Below are positions 42,536 through 54,118 of a DNA stretch of 64,000 nt, piece by piece. The DNA comes from Chrysomallon squamiferum (lineage: Eukaryota > Animalia > Mollusca): the NCBI GenBank assembly GCA_012295275.1, contig CM022665.1, positions 8,804,001-8,868,000 on the forward strand. Reading direction: 5' to 3'. Every line of letters starts with the position of its first letter. The first letter of the stretch is position 1. The notes beneath the pieces were generated by a model that worked only from the letters and a program-made list of their open reading frames with translations, was not told the origin of the DNA and did no database searches. The position numbers and the translations under genes are program-made.

Positions 42536-42870
42536 GGATACGGCTGGTGCCAAGTCTCCAAAGGAAGACGGTTGCCTGCTTGGTCCAGGTGAATGTATGC
42601 AGGTGGCCGGGTTGCTGCCAGTCAACACACATGCTCAGGCTCCAACATCTACGACACCAGTGGGACTCCGTTCCAACAAGGAAGATGGCCGAATTGTAAT
42701 GCCTGGCCTTGGTGAGTGCTTGCAGCTGCCAGGGCTGGGGATAGCCAATTCACACAACCAAGCACCAACTTCAACAACACCCGAAGGCCTGGAGTCCAAG
42801 TTCAGACCACCACTAAGCATAGAGCCTCATGGGTTGATAGACGAAAACAAACCTAAACAAGAGATATCAG
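42536..42870 (+). CDS. ER: Estrogen receptor, common A/B-domain exon
   Basis: TTTTACAG| acceptor, open frame DTAGAKSPKEDG...KPKQEIS-G, donor G|GTTAGT (phase 1) in frame with the zinc-finger exon. Internal ATG at 42597. Confidence 0.85.
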
Positions 42871-43229
42871 GTTAGTTTGGTATCTGTATTTATACATACA
42901 GGGTGTAAAAATATGAATGGTGCCAGAAAGAATGCATTACATTTGTTTTTCTCTCACTGTTCTTACATATTGATATGTGCTTTAGTAATGATTTTTTTTT
43001 TTTTTTTAAATTATATTGCTTTACAGAGTTCTTTGTGTAATTACATTTTTTTTTTCATAACAAATATGAAGATTTCACAAAATTGGTCTGTATATCTATG
43101 TAATGTGGTTAAATAAAACAAGAAAAAAAGACTTCTACAAACTGGTGAAGTAAAATGAATAGATATATAACTGATCATAAAGGTTTCTAGTATTTCTAGA
43201 CATACTTTTCCATTCTTGTCTAATTTATT

Positions 43230-43645
43230 CCATTTCATGACTGGTTTATCAAAGGCTGTAGTGTGTGCTTTGTTCATATCAAATATTTGCTACTGCTAAT
43301 CCATAAGAATATCCCATGATATAGTGAAAATAGATTTCCTCTTTCAAATCATCATTATTATGCAAAAAACTTATTTACTTAATACATTTAACATTAATAT
43401 TAAAATTGTTTAATTGACATTAAATGAATATTAATTCAAGAAAGGATATGCAGCATATTGCTCATACCTGATAGGTACTGGAGAGAATAAGATCCATTAG
43501 GCTGCTTGCCAATATTCCAGTACTAATTTATCAAAAACTGGGGTATGTATTATCCTGTTTATGAGGTGGTACATAGTAAATATCCATTTATGCTAATTGA
43601 TAGGAGTAATCCCTGGAGTGGCAATACTGGGTTTCTTCTTTTATT
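43230..43645 (+). mobile_element. Two decayed SINE-like copies in the intron after the A/B exon
   Basis: GACTGGTTTATCAAAGGCTGTAGTGTGTGCT (~43239) and TTTATCAAAAACTGGGTATGTATTATCCTGT (~43527) cores. Confidence 0.55.
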
Positions 43646-44052
43646 TCATGATTTAAATAATGTTGTATATCATATGTAATGATCATTCATTTGTTTTTGA
43701 GTTCTTAACTCATACAGTTAACTCTGGATATTGATAGTAACGAAATGTTTATCTATAAATAAACAACCAAGTCAGGCATATTTTCAAAACAATAAATTCC
43801 CCAGTTAAATAAAATTTCAGTTAAAAAAATGTTTAGTTTAAAAACCACAGATAAATGTATTTATTCAAAACAAATGTTAAGTTTCAAGTTACTTGAAAGA
43901 ATTAATTAGGATTAAATTTAAGTAAAATGACATTATTTAATAAAAATTAAAAAGTTTAAAAGTAAAAAAAACATACTAATATTTCATGAATGAAAGTTTG
44001 TCTTACAAAAATAGACAGGAAGAAAAAAAGCAAGACATCTTTTATCTCTCTA

Positions 44053-44059
<7 letters not shown>

Positions 44060-44137
<78 letters not shown>

Positions 44138-44158
44138 CATTATCATTATTATTATTAT
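44060..44158. repeat. (ATT)n/(ATTATC)n microsatellite
   Basis: Direct reading; source of the poly-Ile ORF. Confidence 0.95.
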
Positions 44159-44364
44159 TTTAAATTAAAAGTGTTTGATGATCCATTTAATTGTGCTTTT
44201 AGTTGTTCTTTTTTTTTCATTTTTTTTTAAATGGATTCCTGTGGAATCAGTTATGGATTTTTCAGATCAGAAAAATTATATCAAACCCTATTTATTTTAA
44301 TAATTTTATTTTACAGAAAAGATAACTATTTTCTTTTTTTTAATTTTTATTAGTTATTTTTTTA

Positions 44365-45110
44365 ATTTTTCAGAAAATATCAAAAATGTACTGAAGGTGT
44401 ATGTAACTTAATGAATTTGTTTTTTATTTTTCATTAAATACTGACTGTATGCCAAAAAGTATGCATGTACTTGTAATCTTACTGATATTGATCAGGAAAT
44501 ACTAACAGTATACTGAAGATTTACGTAATATTATTGATTTTGTTTTGGATGTTTTTTTTTTAAATTACTTTTCTGGAGAAATAATAGAGTGTACATTTTT
44601 CTGTTGTCAGGAAGTATTAACAGTGTACTGAAGAACATAAACTTATTGATACATATTTTTTTATATTAACAAATACTAACAGTACTGAAGATGTACATAA
44701 TCTTACTGATGAAATTACTAGTAAGTACTAAAAGTGTACTGATGGAGTATATAATACTGAAACATACACACACAAAGAAGTACTAACAGTGTATTAAAGG
44801 TGTGTATTTGTATGTGTACACACATGTGCTTATGTGCGTGATTGTGTGTGTTCATAAAATCTTACTGATATACATTTTTCTTTAACCAAGAAATATTAAC
44901 GGTGTACTGAAGGTGTACATAAAATCTTATTGATGTATATTCCATTACCAGGAAATACTAACAGTGTACTGAAGCTTTACATAATCTTACTGATATATAT
45001 ATATATTTTTTGTTACCAGGACATACTAACAAAGTACTGAAAGTGTACATAAAATGTACTGATGTAAATTTTTCTATTAATAGGAAGTACTAACAGTGTA
45101 CTGAAGGTGT
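44365..45110 (+). repeat. ~60-70 bp tandem repeat whose last copy is the acceptor and 5' end of the zinc-finger-1 exon
   Basis: About 12 copies of (C/T)AGGAA(G/A)TACTAACAGTGTACTGAAG...ATCTTACTGAT. Confidence 0.9.
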
Positions 45111-45200
45111 GTCAGGTTTGTAATGACAATGCTTCTGGCTTCCATTATGGCGTCTGGTCATGTGAAGGATGCAAAGCCTTCTTTAAAAGAAGCATACAAG
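45084..45200 (+). CDS. ER: Estrogen receptor DBD, zinc finger 1 (absent from the ORF track)
   Basis: TAG|GA AGT... translates as [40 protein letters not shown]; the ER-specific P-box CEGCKA; donor AAG|GTAGGT. Confidence 0.97.
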
Positions 45201-45520
45201 GTAGGTACTTTTACACATTACAAGAAGTATATGTATTTTGAAAAAGAAGTATAAAGGATGTGTATTTTTGAGACAAGTAGACAACACGTATAATAAAAGT
45301 ATACAAGATACATGTTTTAAAAAGGAGTATAAAAGATGTATTTTTAAGACAAGTATGTAACATATAAAAAGTTTTCGTACTAGGGATATATTTTAAAAAG
45401 AGTATCCAATGATACATATTTTAAAAGAAGTAGACAAAATATATTATTAAGTGTACAAGATATCTATTTACTTAAAAGATGTATACAAATGATATTTTAA
45501 AAATTAACATACAAGATGTG
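45180..45520 (+). repeat. ~27 bp degenerate repeat whose first copy is the 3' end of the zinc-finger-1 exon
   Basis: TTTAAAAGAAGCATACAAG is echoed as TTGAAAAAGAAGTATAAAG, TTTAAAAAGGAGTATAAAAG, TTTAAAAGAAGTAGACAAA and TTAAAAGATGTATACAAA. Confidence 0.7.
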
Positions 45521-46139
45521 TATGTGTGTGTGTGCAATCTTTCTTTCAGGACTATATTTCAGTATATATTTTCTGTTAATATTTATTCACATTTTTCAGT
45601 TATGATTACTGTTAATTAGTTTTTTTTTTAAATTGTTTTTGATAACAAAAAAACCAAAATTCCTCAAAACCCCTACAAGTCATTAAAATACAGACAGTGA
45701 CAAAGTCAATTTAGAAATCACGAATCTCTTGAGAATGTTTTCAATTCCTTTTCAACTGACATGTTTTATGTGTCCTGTGTTTATTAATCATGTTGGCATT
45801 ATTAAAAAGACTGTATGATTTACTAAATACTGGCTGGCCGTGATTTTACCAAGGTAAGGTTGTTATCTATTTCTGTCGTGTCTAGACGATTTTGTGTGTG
45901 CATTGTATATTGATTCTGTTGCCATTGTTTGGCCACTGGCAAGCGAATATTACACTAAGTGTTAATACCATCTCAACAGGTTGGCCTGTCTCGACTTGAT
46001 ATAGAATTCATACGACTTTATTAAAAGTATTTTCACCTTTTTATTCCTGATGTAAAAGCAAATCTTGGTCATATTCACAGAAGAATATTTGAAAAATAAT
46101 AATAAAAAATTCAGATGGGATACGTTAAAAAGATTTTAC

Positions 46140-47010
46140 ATTTAAAATGTACAAAGTTGGAAGTAACTGATGAAAATGCAAATATTTGTAGTAAAGACAT
46201 TACTTCTAAAATTTAAGTGTATTTAATGGTGTGTGAGTTAATACATAAAAAAAAAAAAAAAATGTGGAATTGAAGTATACTAATAAAATTAGGAATATTT
46301 CTAATAATTTTTTTGTTTTTTCTAGAATTGAAGTATATTACATGCTCACAAAATTTAAATGCTGCAATTAAATTATGAATATGTCTTTAAAAAAACAAAA
46401 ACATTTCTAGAACTGAAGTATATAAATTTATATAAGAAATTTAAATATTGTAATTATTTACGTATTAAAACATGAACTAAAATTTATTTCTGAGACGAAG
46501 TATATTAATAAAATTATGGTTGTGTCTAACAAAAAATACTTCTAGAACTGAAGTTTATGATATGCCTATATTCTAAAATTTAAACATAATAATTAAAAGA
46601 AAATACATAAGTTGAAAAATATAATTTCTGCATGGTTTTTAAACTAAATGTAAAATAATAAAATAGAAGCATTTGGAAGTTTTGTATATGTCAACATATA
46701 AATTGCAAATATTTCTGAGAATTGAAATACATTAATGTCATAAAAGTTTAAATGCATTAAATTAAAATTTTATTTCAAAGAATTCAGTATATGAACAAAA
46801 GTATAAATGTATAAATTTTAAAATAATATATCTGGGATTGAAATATCCTGTTACAAAAATATAAATACTTCAGAATAAAATATTATTTCCAACAACAAAA
46901 AAACAACAACAATCAAATAAAAGCATGAATACATTAAATTTAAAACATTATTTCATATAATGAAATGTAGATGTAAAATAAAACTATTATGTTTCAGGTT
47001 AAACTACACT
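46140..47010. repeat. Degenerate AT-rich tandem repeat
   Basis: TTCTAGAA(T/C)TGAAGTATA recurs at ~46320, ~46405, ~46540 and in decayed form elsewhere. Confidence 0.7.
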
Positions 47011-47068
47011 AATATAAAAATTCATCAATAAAAAACCAAAACCAAACAAATTATATTTTGTGAAAGTG

Positions 47069-47111
<43 letters not shown>

Positions 47112-49381
47112 TATATTCACAAACACACACAAACACACACATACAAATATGTATATACAATTAGTACATTGTACTTAATAATGCAATTATTAATAATATA
47201 TTGCATCAGATTACCTTTTATTACTTTTTGTATTTTTTTAAAAACATGTTTTTGTTTTGTCTAGACATAGAGTTGTCCTGGATGTGCATAAATGAAATAA
47301 TGGCTAAATTAAAACAGTTCAGCCTGCTATAGTAAAGTTCAAGTAATTTTCAAGTTCCTTTTTAAAATTATAAATAAAAACAATACTTTATATAATTTGA
47401 AATAGCATTCTGAAGAAAGTAAATTTTATTTATATATTATTTTCTTTACCATGAATTATTATTATTATTATTATATTACCTTTAAATATTGTTTTGTCAG
47501 TTATTTCTTATTTATAAAGAAACGATCAGTGGTAGATAGCTGCTAATTCCAGTGATATTTAAAACTGTTTTAAAATGACAAAACTTGTTTTGTGTTAGAA
47601 GATTTAATCTGGACTTGAGTTATGGCACAGATGTACAAATGACAATATATCTTACATTTCTACTTTATTTTTTTTTTTCAAATCAAATAGGTGACTATTT
47701 TTTTTTTAATAAATGTAGTCAAAGCCACTGAGAGCAGTTATTACTATTTATTTTATAAAGAATGCTGAATATTTTTAATGGTGATTTCAGCTTCTATATT
47801 ACTTTTTTCTTCTTTCTTCAAACCTGTTTGAGCTTTAAGCACATAAGGAAGATAAAAGTATGAATTTGAATCAGTGGAATATTTGAAAAGAAATACATGT
47901 ATCTTTATACCCACACATGCATACTAACACAAACACACTTTAAAATACTGATTATTTATAAATCTGTTTATCCATATTACAATTCCATAAAATAAATTTG
48001 AATAAGTACACATCAATAAGACATATTAATGATAAAGCTTAAATAAACCAAATGTTAAAATAGCACTCTCTATGCATTGTATATGTTAGATATGTAGTGC
48101 ATTTTTAAAAAACAAAAATAAAACCAGTTAAGATATATTTTGCCCTTTGTGTCCAGAATTATCATTTAAAGATCTCTTACTGATATTGGATTACTTGTTA
48201 GGATTAAAGATAGTAAAATAGCATTTGAATATCAATGTGTGTGTTCATGTGATGCATGGGTTTATCTTAGCTGATTTGTGTGTATTTCAGTACACATGTG
48301 CTTTTCAAGAACAGCAGATAACCCTGGAATATCAAGCCTTTATTTCTCACCCTGAAATCATCAGTACAGTCAAAGTGATTATTGCTCATACAATAGAAAA
48401 CTTTGTACTTTTTAAAACATATGAACTGGATGTCAGGCACACTTAAACTATACCCAATCATTTTTCTTTATGGCTTGTGCACAAAAATAATAAAATGTCC
48501 TTTCATGATAATTATAAATAGTTATTTGTTTTGTAGAAAATATCTGCCCTAAATAGAACAGTTATTTTCCATTTTAATTTAAGTAACTTGCCTGAAATAG
48601 AAGCAGTTATTTACTAATATTGACATGCACATTACAAAATATCCTTTCATGTTAACTGTGTTGAAATGCAGTTATTTTTTAATCAGCTAGATTCTAAAAT
48701 ATCATGAATTTAAAACTGTTATAAGTAAGCAAAAACGCAAGTTAATAATTATTGTGCAGTTAATAACTTGTAAGCTATAGTTCCAAACTGCATAAATGTA
48801 TGTAAAGCCTGGGCAGTTGTTCAATACTCTGAGTCCAGGATTCACCAGAAAATCAGCTTTAGAAGTTTATTAATTTTTACCTGTTAAATATAGTTTCATT
48901 CTTTACTTTTCATTGTTTATTTTATCTTTTAAGTATTTGTTAAGATTTGGTCCAGAAATCCAGAAAATCCACAAATTCAGGTCACCTCTGATCCCTAACT
49001 TACCTGAATAAATGGTCTGATACATGTATACACAGAAGTATACAAGTGGTCATCTCCTGTTTATTACAAACCTATATATTCCCTCTGGCTATTAAGGAAC
49101 TAATCTTGTTAGTCTTAACGGAACTGTTGCCAGACAGAAGTACAGGAAGCAACAGTTATCAACAAAATATTAATATCTTTGCTACATTAAAAATAGACGT
49201 GAATAACATAATAATGTTTCTGCTCTTCTGGCTTGATGGAAGATCATTCTGTTATTGTAAATTAAATAGAAAAAGTAGGATTCTTGGTGTAATTGTGTTG
49301 TTGGTATTGTGTGCGTAACAAATGGGAGAATGTCCTCTGAATGTAGTAATTTTATGTCAGTAATTGTGTTTTGTGTTCCAG

Positions 49382-49495
49382 GCCCAGTCGACTATGTATG
49401 TCCAGCCACAGATTCATGCACAATTGACAAACATCGGCGCAAGAGCTGCCAAGCTTGCAGATTACGCAAATGTTATGAAGTTGGCATGAACAAAG
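49382..49495 (+). CDS. ER: Estrogen receptor DBD, zinc finger 2
   Basis: CAG|GC CCA... gives [39 protein letters not shown]; donor AAG|GTATAC. Confidence 0.97.
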
Positions 49496-50602
49496 GTATA
49501 CACTTTAGTTTTAATCCATTTAATGTAGTTAAGTGTGTATAAAATGTATTCTGATATTTTACTTTCATTATTTCAACTTTTAACATAAAAATAATAATAA
49601 TACTATAAAAACCTTCAAAATTTCATGTTTGATATCAAATGAGTTCCATAACTTCTTTGACAAAATTTTGAAAGAAAAATGTTTCAAAAATACAAGAAGG
49701 AAGAACCATAATTTATTTCTTAGAGAATATTTTTAATATTTTTGTTTATGTTTGCTAGAAATAACTGACGATCTTAGAGCCAGCAAAGTCTAACCTACAG
49801 ACCATTGTTTTTGAAAATAAATTTGAAATAATAATTAAAATTTTGAAAGATACAGTTAAATATAACTGACATGGGTTACGCCATTCAGGCACTGATGGAT
49901 CTTAAAAACATCCAAGGCCTACGATCTAAGCTGGTTTCTTTGGTTTTAGACCACTTCAGTCCTGAGCCCTTTATTTGTAAATACTGCAGAGAAAGTTTAT
50001 ATTATAAAGAACAGACATAATCTCTCTTTCTTGTGTGTGTGTTTTATCCTGTTTTGAATTTAAAAGATAAAAAAAAAATAAAAAAAATAAAAAAATAAGA
50101 AAATCAGAAAAACATTTATTTATGCATCAAAGAAAAAGACAGTTCTTGATATTTGTGAACATTTTTTGGTATTTTACTGTATGTTTACTAGAAAGCCAGA
50201 AAAAGGATAAAAAAAAAATAAAATAAAAAAAAACCCCAGAAGAACAAGAAACAGCAAAGATCCTTATCTTTGAAGTTACAACATTTTGATAAAAATTAAA
50301 AATAGAAGATTAATATGTACTTACACTAGAGAGAAGAACTAAATTAATTTTGCTGTGAATATTTTAATATATGTATTAAGTGAGAAGTTTATATTACAAG
50401 CAACAACAAAAAGCTAATTTTTTAAAATGTTAACCTATTTTTAAGAAGTTTTAAAACTAAAAGAAGAAAGAAAAAGATAATCCAAAACTTTCTAGTGAGA
50501 AATGTTTTTTAACCTTTAATTAGGTTTGTTATCAATCTTACTTAAGAAGAAAAAGAAACACTTTTTAATTTGTTATTACTGTATTTTGATAAAATGTTGT
50601 AG

Positions 50603-50721
50603 GAAGCCAGCGTAAAGAACGCAAAAGTAGTGGGAGCAATGTTGGAAAGGGAAAACGCTGTCGACAGGCCGACTCAACAGATGGTACTGTTAATTCGACA
50701 AGTTGGATTCCTACAACAAAA
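50603..50721 (+). CDS. ER: Estrogen receptor hinge exon (basic, NLS-like)
   Basis: TAG|GA AGC... gives GSQRKERKSSGSNVGKGKRCRQADSTDGTVNSTSWIPTTK; donor AAA|GTTTGT in phase 0 matches the next exon. The ORF track shows a different frame here. Confidence 0.9.
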
Positions 50722-51939
50722 GTTTGTATTGAAAAATTTCTTCACAGTAGTCATAAATACAATATTTAAATTATTCAGATCAAAATTTATTCATTATTAT
50801 TATTATTTTTTTTTATTTCTGATAAGCAAAACATTTTATTTTTTGATAAAATATGTGAATATATTTTTGTTTTGTGAAAATTTATCTTTTATCAAATAAT
50901 GATGTTACAAACATTTAAAGAAGAATTTTTTGGATGAATATTTTAAAAAGATTTTTATTTTCACTTACCACAAAATATGCAAAATGACAGGAATATCCAA
51001 TTGACTTACCTTCTACTTGAATGTTTGGAATTTTCCAAGATATTCTTGGCTTATACTTTTTAAATTATCTTGTCATTATAATTTACATACTTGAGTCCAT
51101 GCCAGAATATTCCAAACCAAATATTTTGAAAATACATTATTAAAGGATATATGACAGTTGAGTTTTATCAGATTGTATGTTTTTGATATTATTACTATTA
51201 TTATTATTGTTGTTATTATTATTACAAACACACTCTTCAGTTTGCGTCCTAAAATATTCCAAACTGAAGACAAATCATTTCTGAAGTTTCTAAACATTTG
51301 TTTTAATAACAGTAGTAATTATTATCTTGGTTGTATAATATTCATATCTTACTATAATCATCTTTCATAATATATATTATATATTGTATGTATTGTATAG
51401 TATATGTCCTATAATGTATATTATATATTTCATCATTTTACAGTTTTTGTCATAATATTATCTCCTTTTACCAGAGTATATGACAAGTATCTCAAACCAA
51501 AAGACTCTGAAATTACATTATAAATTCCTGAAGGCCATCTTTTAAAATTACAATTTTAATGTCTGGACTTTTATAAAGTGTGTATTTTGACATCAGCCGT
51601 GTTTGTTCAGTGAAAGACATTACATTTGTCAAAATAATCAGGTAATGGAATTCTATACATTTACTGATGTATATTGATTAAATCTTCAGTACCCGACTGT
51701 CTAGTCTGCTACGAGATAACATTTACATAAGGAAAAAAAAAAGGTCACAAATAAATGAATGATGTGAGGGTCTATCTCGTTATCTGAGTAATTAAGACTT
51801 AGTGATGCATATCATTTTAGTCAAGCGAAGGACAGACTGTGACTGCCTGGTAATTAAGCAACAAACTAACATGTCTTATTAGCTGTCATACTCAGTGATT
51901 AAGAGACACACTACAATGTCCTAAGATGTATCTTGTCTG

Positions 51940-52720
51940 ATGAATGATTTTAAAGTACAAATATCATGTGATGTCTGTACAGTTGTAACAAACTGGTAAA
52001 TGTTTCTTATTACCAGATATTTCAGATTTGCTCAGCAGTTAAACATAGACAGACATTTGGAAATATTATGGTCTCTGAATTTAAAAGCTTTAATTTTTTC
52101 AAATTATTATTATTATTATTAATGGTACTTCCTCTGATTAAATGGCATTGAAAAGCTCTAAAATACATTTAGAACCAGCTGAATCATTTAAAGTTAAAAG
52201 GAATTGGTAAATGTTTCATAGTAACAGAGATTTGCAGTATGAATAAGCACAAACTGACGTTTTCTGTAACTGGAAGATATCATAATAAATTTCAAAATGT
52301 TTTGGTTTTAGTCTAACAAGATAGATAAAGTTTGCAGAATGATTTTTATAAATATCATGTGATGTCTATAAAGTTATAATAAATTAGACAGTGTTTCCTG
52401 TTAAAAGAGATTTCAGATTTGCTGAGAAGTGAGCTCAAACTGACATTTGGAAATATTCTAGTTTCTGGAGTCATAACAAATTTAAAAACTTCAGTCCTTT
52501 CAAAGTACTTTTCTTGAATTTTTTTGAAATGAAGCTAAATAAATCTATGATAATGATCTTAAAGTGCAGCAAATATCAGGTTCTGTCTACAAAGTAACAA
52601 GATACTGATAAATGTTTCATATTAACAGCAGCTTTACATTCACTGAATAGTTGAACACAAACTGACATTTTGAATAATTGGAAATGTTTGGTGTCTGGAA
52701 AGAAAATAAAAACTTCAGTC
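51940..52720. repeat. ~200 bp degenerate tandem repeat, 4 copies
   Basis: AAATATCATGTGATGTCT...TTTCAGATTTGCT...GACATTTGGAAATATT at ~51959 and ~52351; TAAATGTTTCATA...CACAAACTGAC at ~52208 and ~52609. Confidence 0.8.
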
Positions 52721-53091
52721 ATTAAATGTGTTACATCATAACATTTTTCATAAAGAAAAATCTATATATATATATTTATGGAAGGTAATTTTTTGTTTGT
52801 CCATTTGATATGGATTAAAAACATAAATAAAAAAGCACATTTGTATGTTTACAGAGTTACTGCATGAGATTTTTGAAATACTACTGATTTCAAATTACCA
52901 TTTTTATACATTATTGTATCTTTATGATCAGTGATTATGTAAGCTGTCACAGTCATACTGTTATTAGAAATAACAATTAACTTTTTTTTCTTCTGATTTT
53001 GGAACATACTATGATCAATATAATTTGTAAATTCACTGTGCTATTAATGATCCTTCCATGTGTCAATACTGGATATAACTTGTGATTTCAG

Positions 53092-53272
53092 TGTGCTAAA
53101 CGATCCCGCTACATGTCAATCCTTGAGGCTTTAAAGAAAGCTGATTTGCCTGTCCTACAGAGCTACCACAACCAGAATCTTCCCCCAACACGAATACATC
53201 TACTGAACACACTGGTCAAACTGGCAGACAGAGAACTAGTCTATCTTATTAATTGGGCCAAACATGTTCCAG
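53092..53272 (+). CDS. ER: Estrogen receptor LBD exon (helices 1-3)
   Basis: TTTCAG|TGT... gives CAKRSRYMSILEALKKAD...LVKLADRELVYLINWAKHVP-G, matching the ER helix-3 LADRELV..INWAK.VPG signature; donor CAG|GTAAAA. Confidence 0.96.
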
Positions 53273-53744
53273 GTAAAAATGACACTCACTGGTGAAGGAA
53301 AAGGGAAATAATTTGCTCACTGAAACAATAACAAATTATTTCTTTATAACCCAATTCCAGCTCTGATGCATTAAAATCTTCAGATATGTGTATAGATCAC
53401 TATAAGTTTGTCAGTGGTCAAAATACTTAATAAATTTGTGTGTGTTTGTGTGTGTGTGTGTGTGTGCGCACATGTGTGTACTTGTGTGTATGTGTTGTAG
53501 TAAATGTACGTATTTTAATTTAAAGACTAAAAGTCATATTACATTTTGTTTTACAGCATACATACATGTAAACATGTACAGAGAAGACATTCTGATATTT
53601 AGACATTTATGGACATAAAAGTAGATCAAGATATATGTTTTAGTTTTTGTATGAATATGGTGTTTTCTGTGTGTTGAGACTGTAAATTTCCTCTGATATG
53701 TGAATATTAGTACCTTTATTTATGTGTTTTTATATGGATGTCCA

Positions 53745-53783
53745 TGTGTGTGTGTAGTGTGTATGTGTAGTGTAGTGTGTGTG

Positions 53784-53837
<54 letters not shown>

Positions 53838-53945
53838 TTGTATTTGTATATTGTATGTATTGTTTATGTGTGTGTGTATTTGTGTATCTGTATGCTTTTG
53901 TATATCTGTCTTTGTGTGGTATTTGTTAATGTATGTGTGTTTGTA
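53745..53945. repeat. (GT)n and GT-rich tract just upstream of the 53977 exon
   Basis: Direct reading. Confidence 0.9.
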
Positions 53946-53976
53946 CATAGGTTTAATTATATAAAAAATATTGCAG

Positions 53977-54118
53977 GTTACACTGATCTGTCTCTGACTG
54001 ATCAGGTTCACCTGATAGAGTGTTGCTGGATGGAACTTCTTCTCCTTAACTGCGCATTCCGCTCCATGGAACACGACGGAAACCATTTAGTGTTTGCTCC
54101 AGACTTCCTGCTTGACAG
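53977..54118 (+). CDS. ER: Estrogen receptor LBD exon (helices 4-5, beta sheet)
   Basis: GYTDLSLTDQVHLIECCWMELLLLNCAFRSMEHDGNHLVFAPDFLLD-R; acceptor TTGCAG, donor CAG|GTAATT. Confidence 0.96.

Noticed and set aside
42460-42820. Overlapping ORFs 42460-42699 (+) and 42635-42820 (-)
   Set aside because: Shadow frames of the GC-richer A/B exon.
50630-50899. ORF MGAMLERENAVDRP...
   Set aside because: Wrong frame of the hinge exon running into intron.
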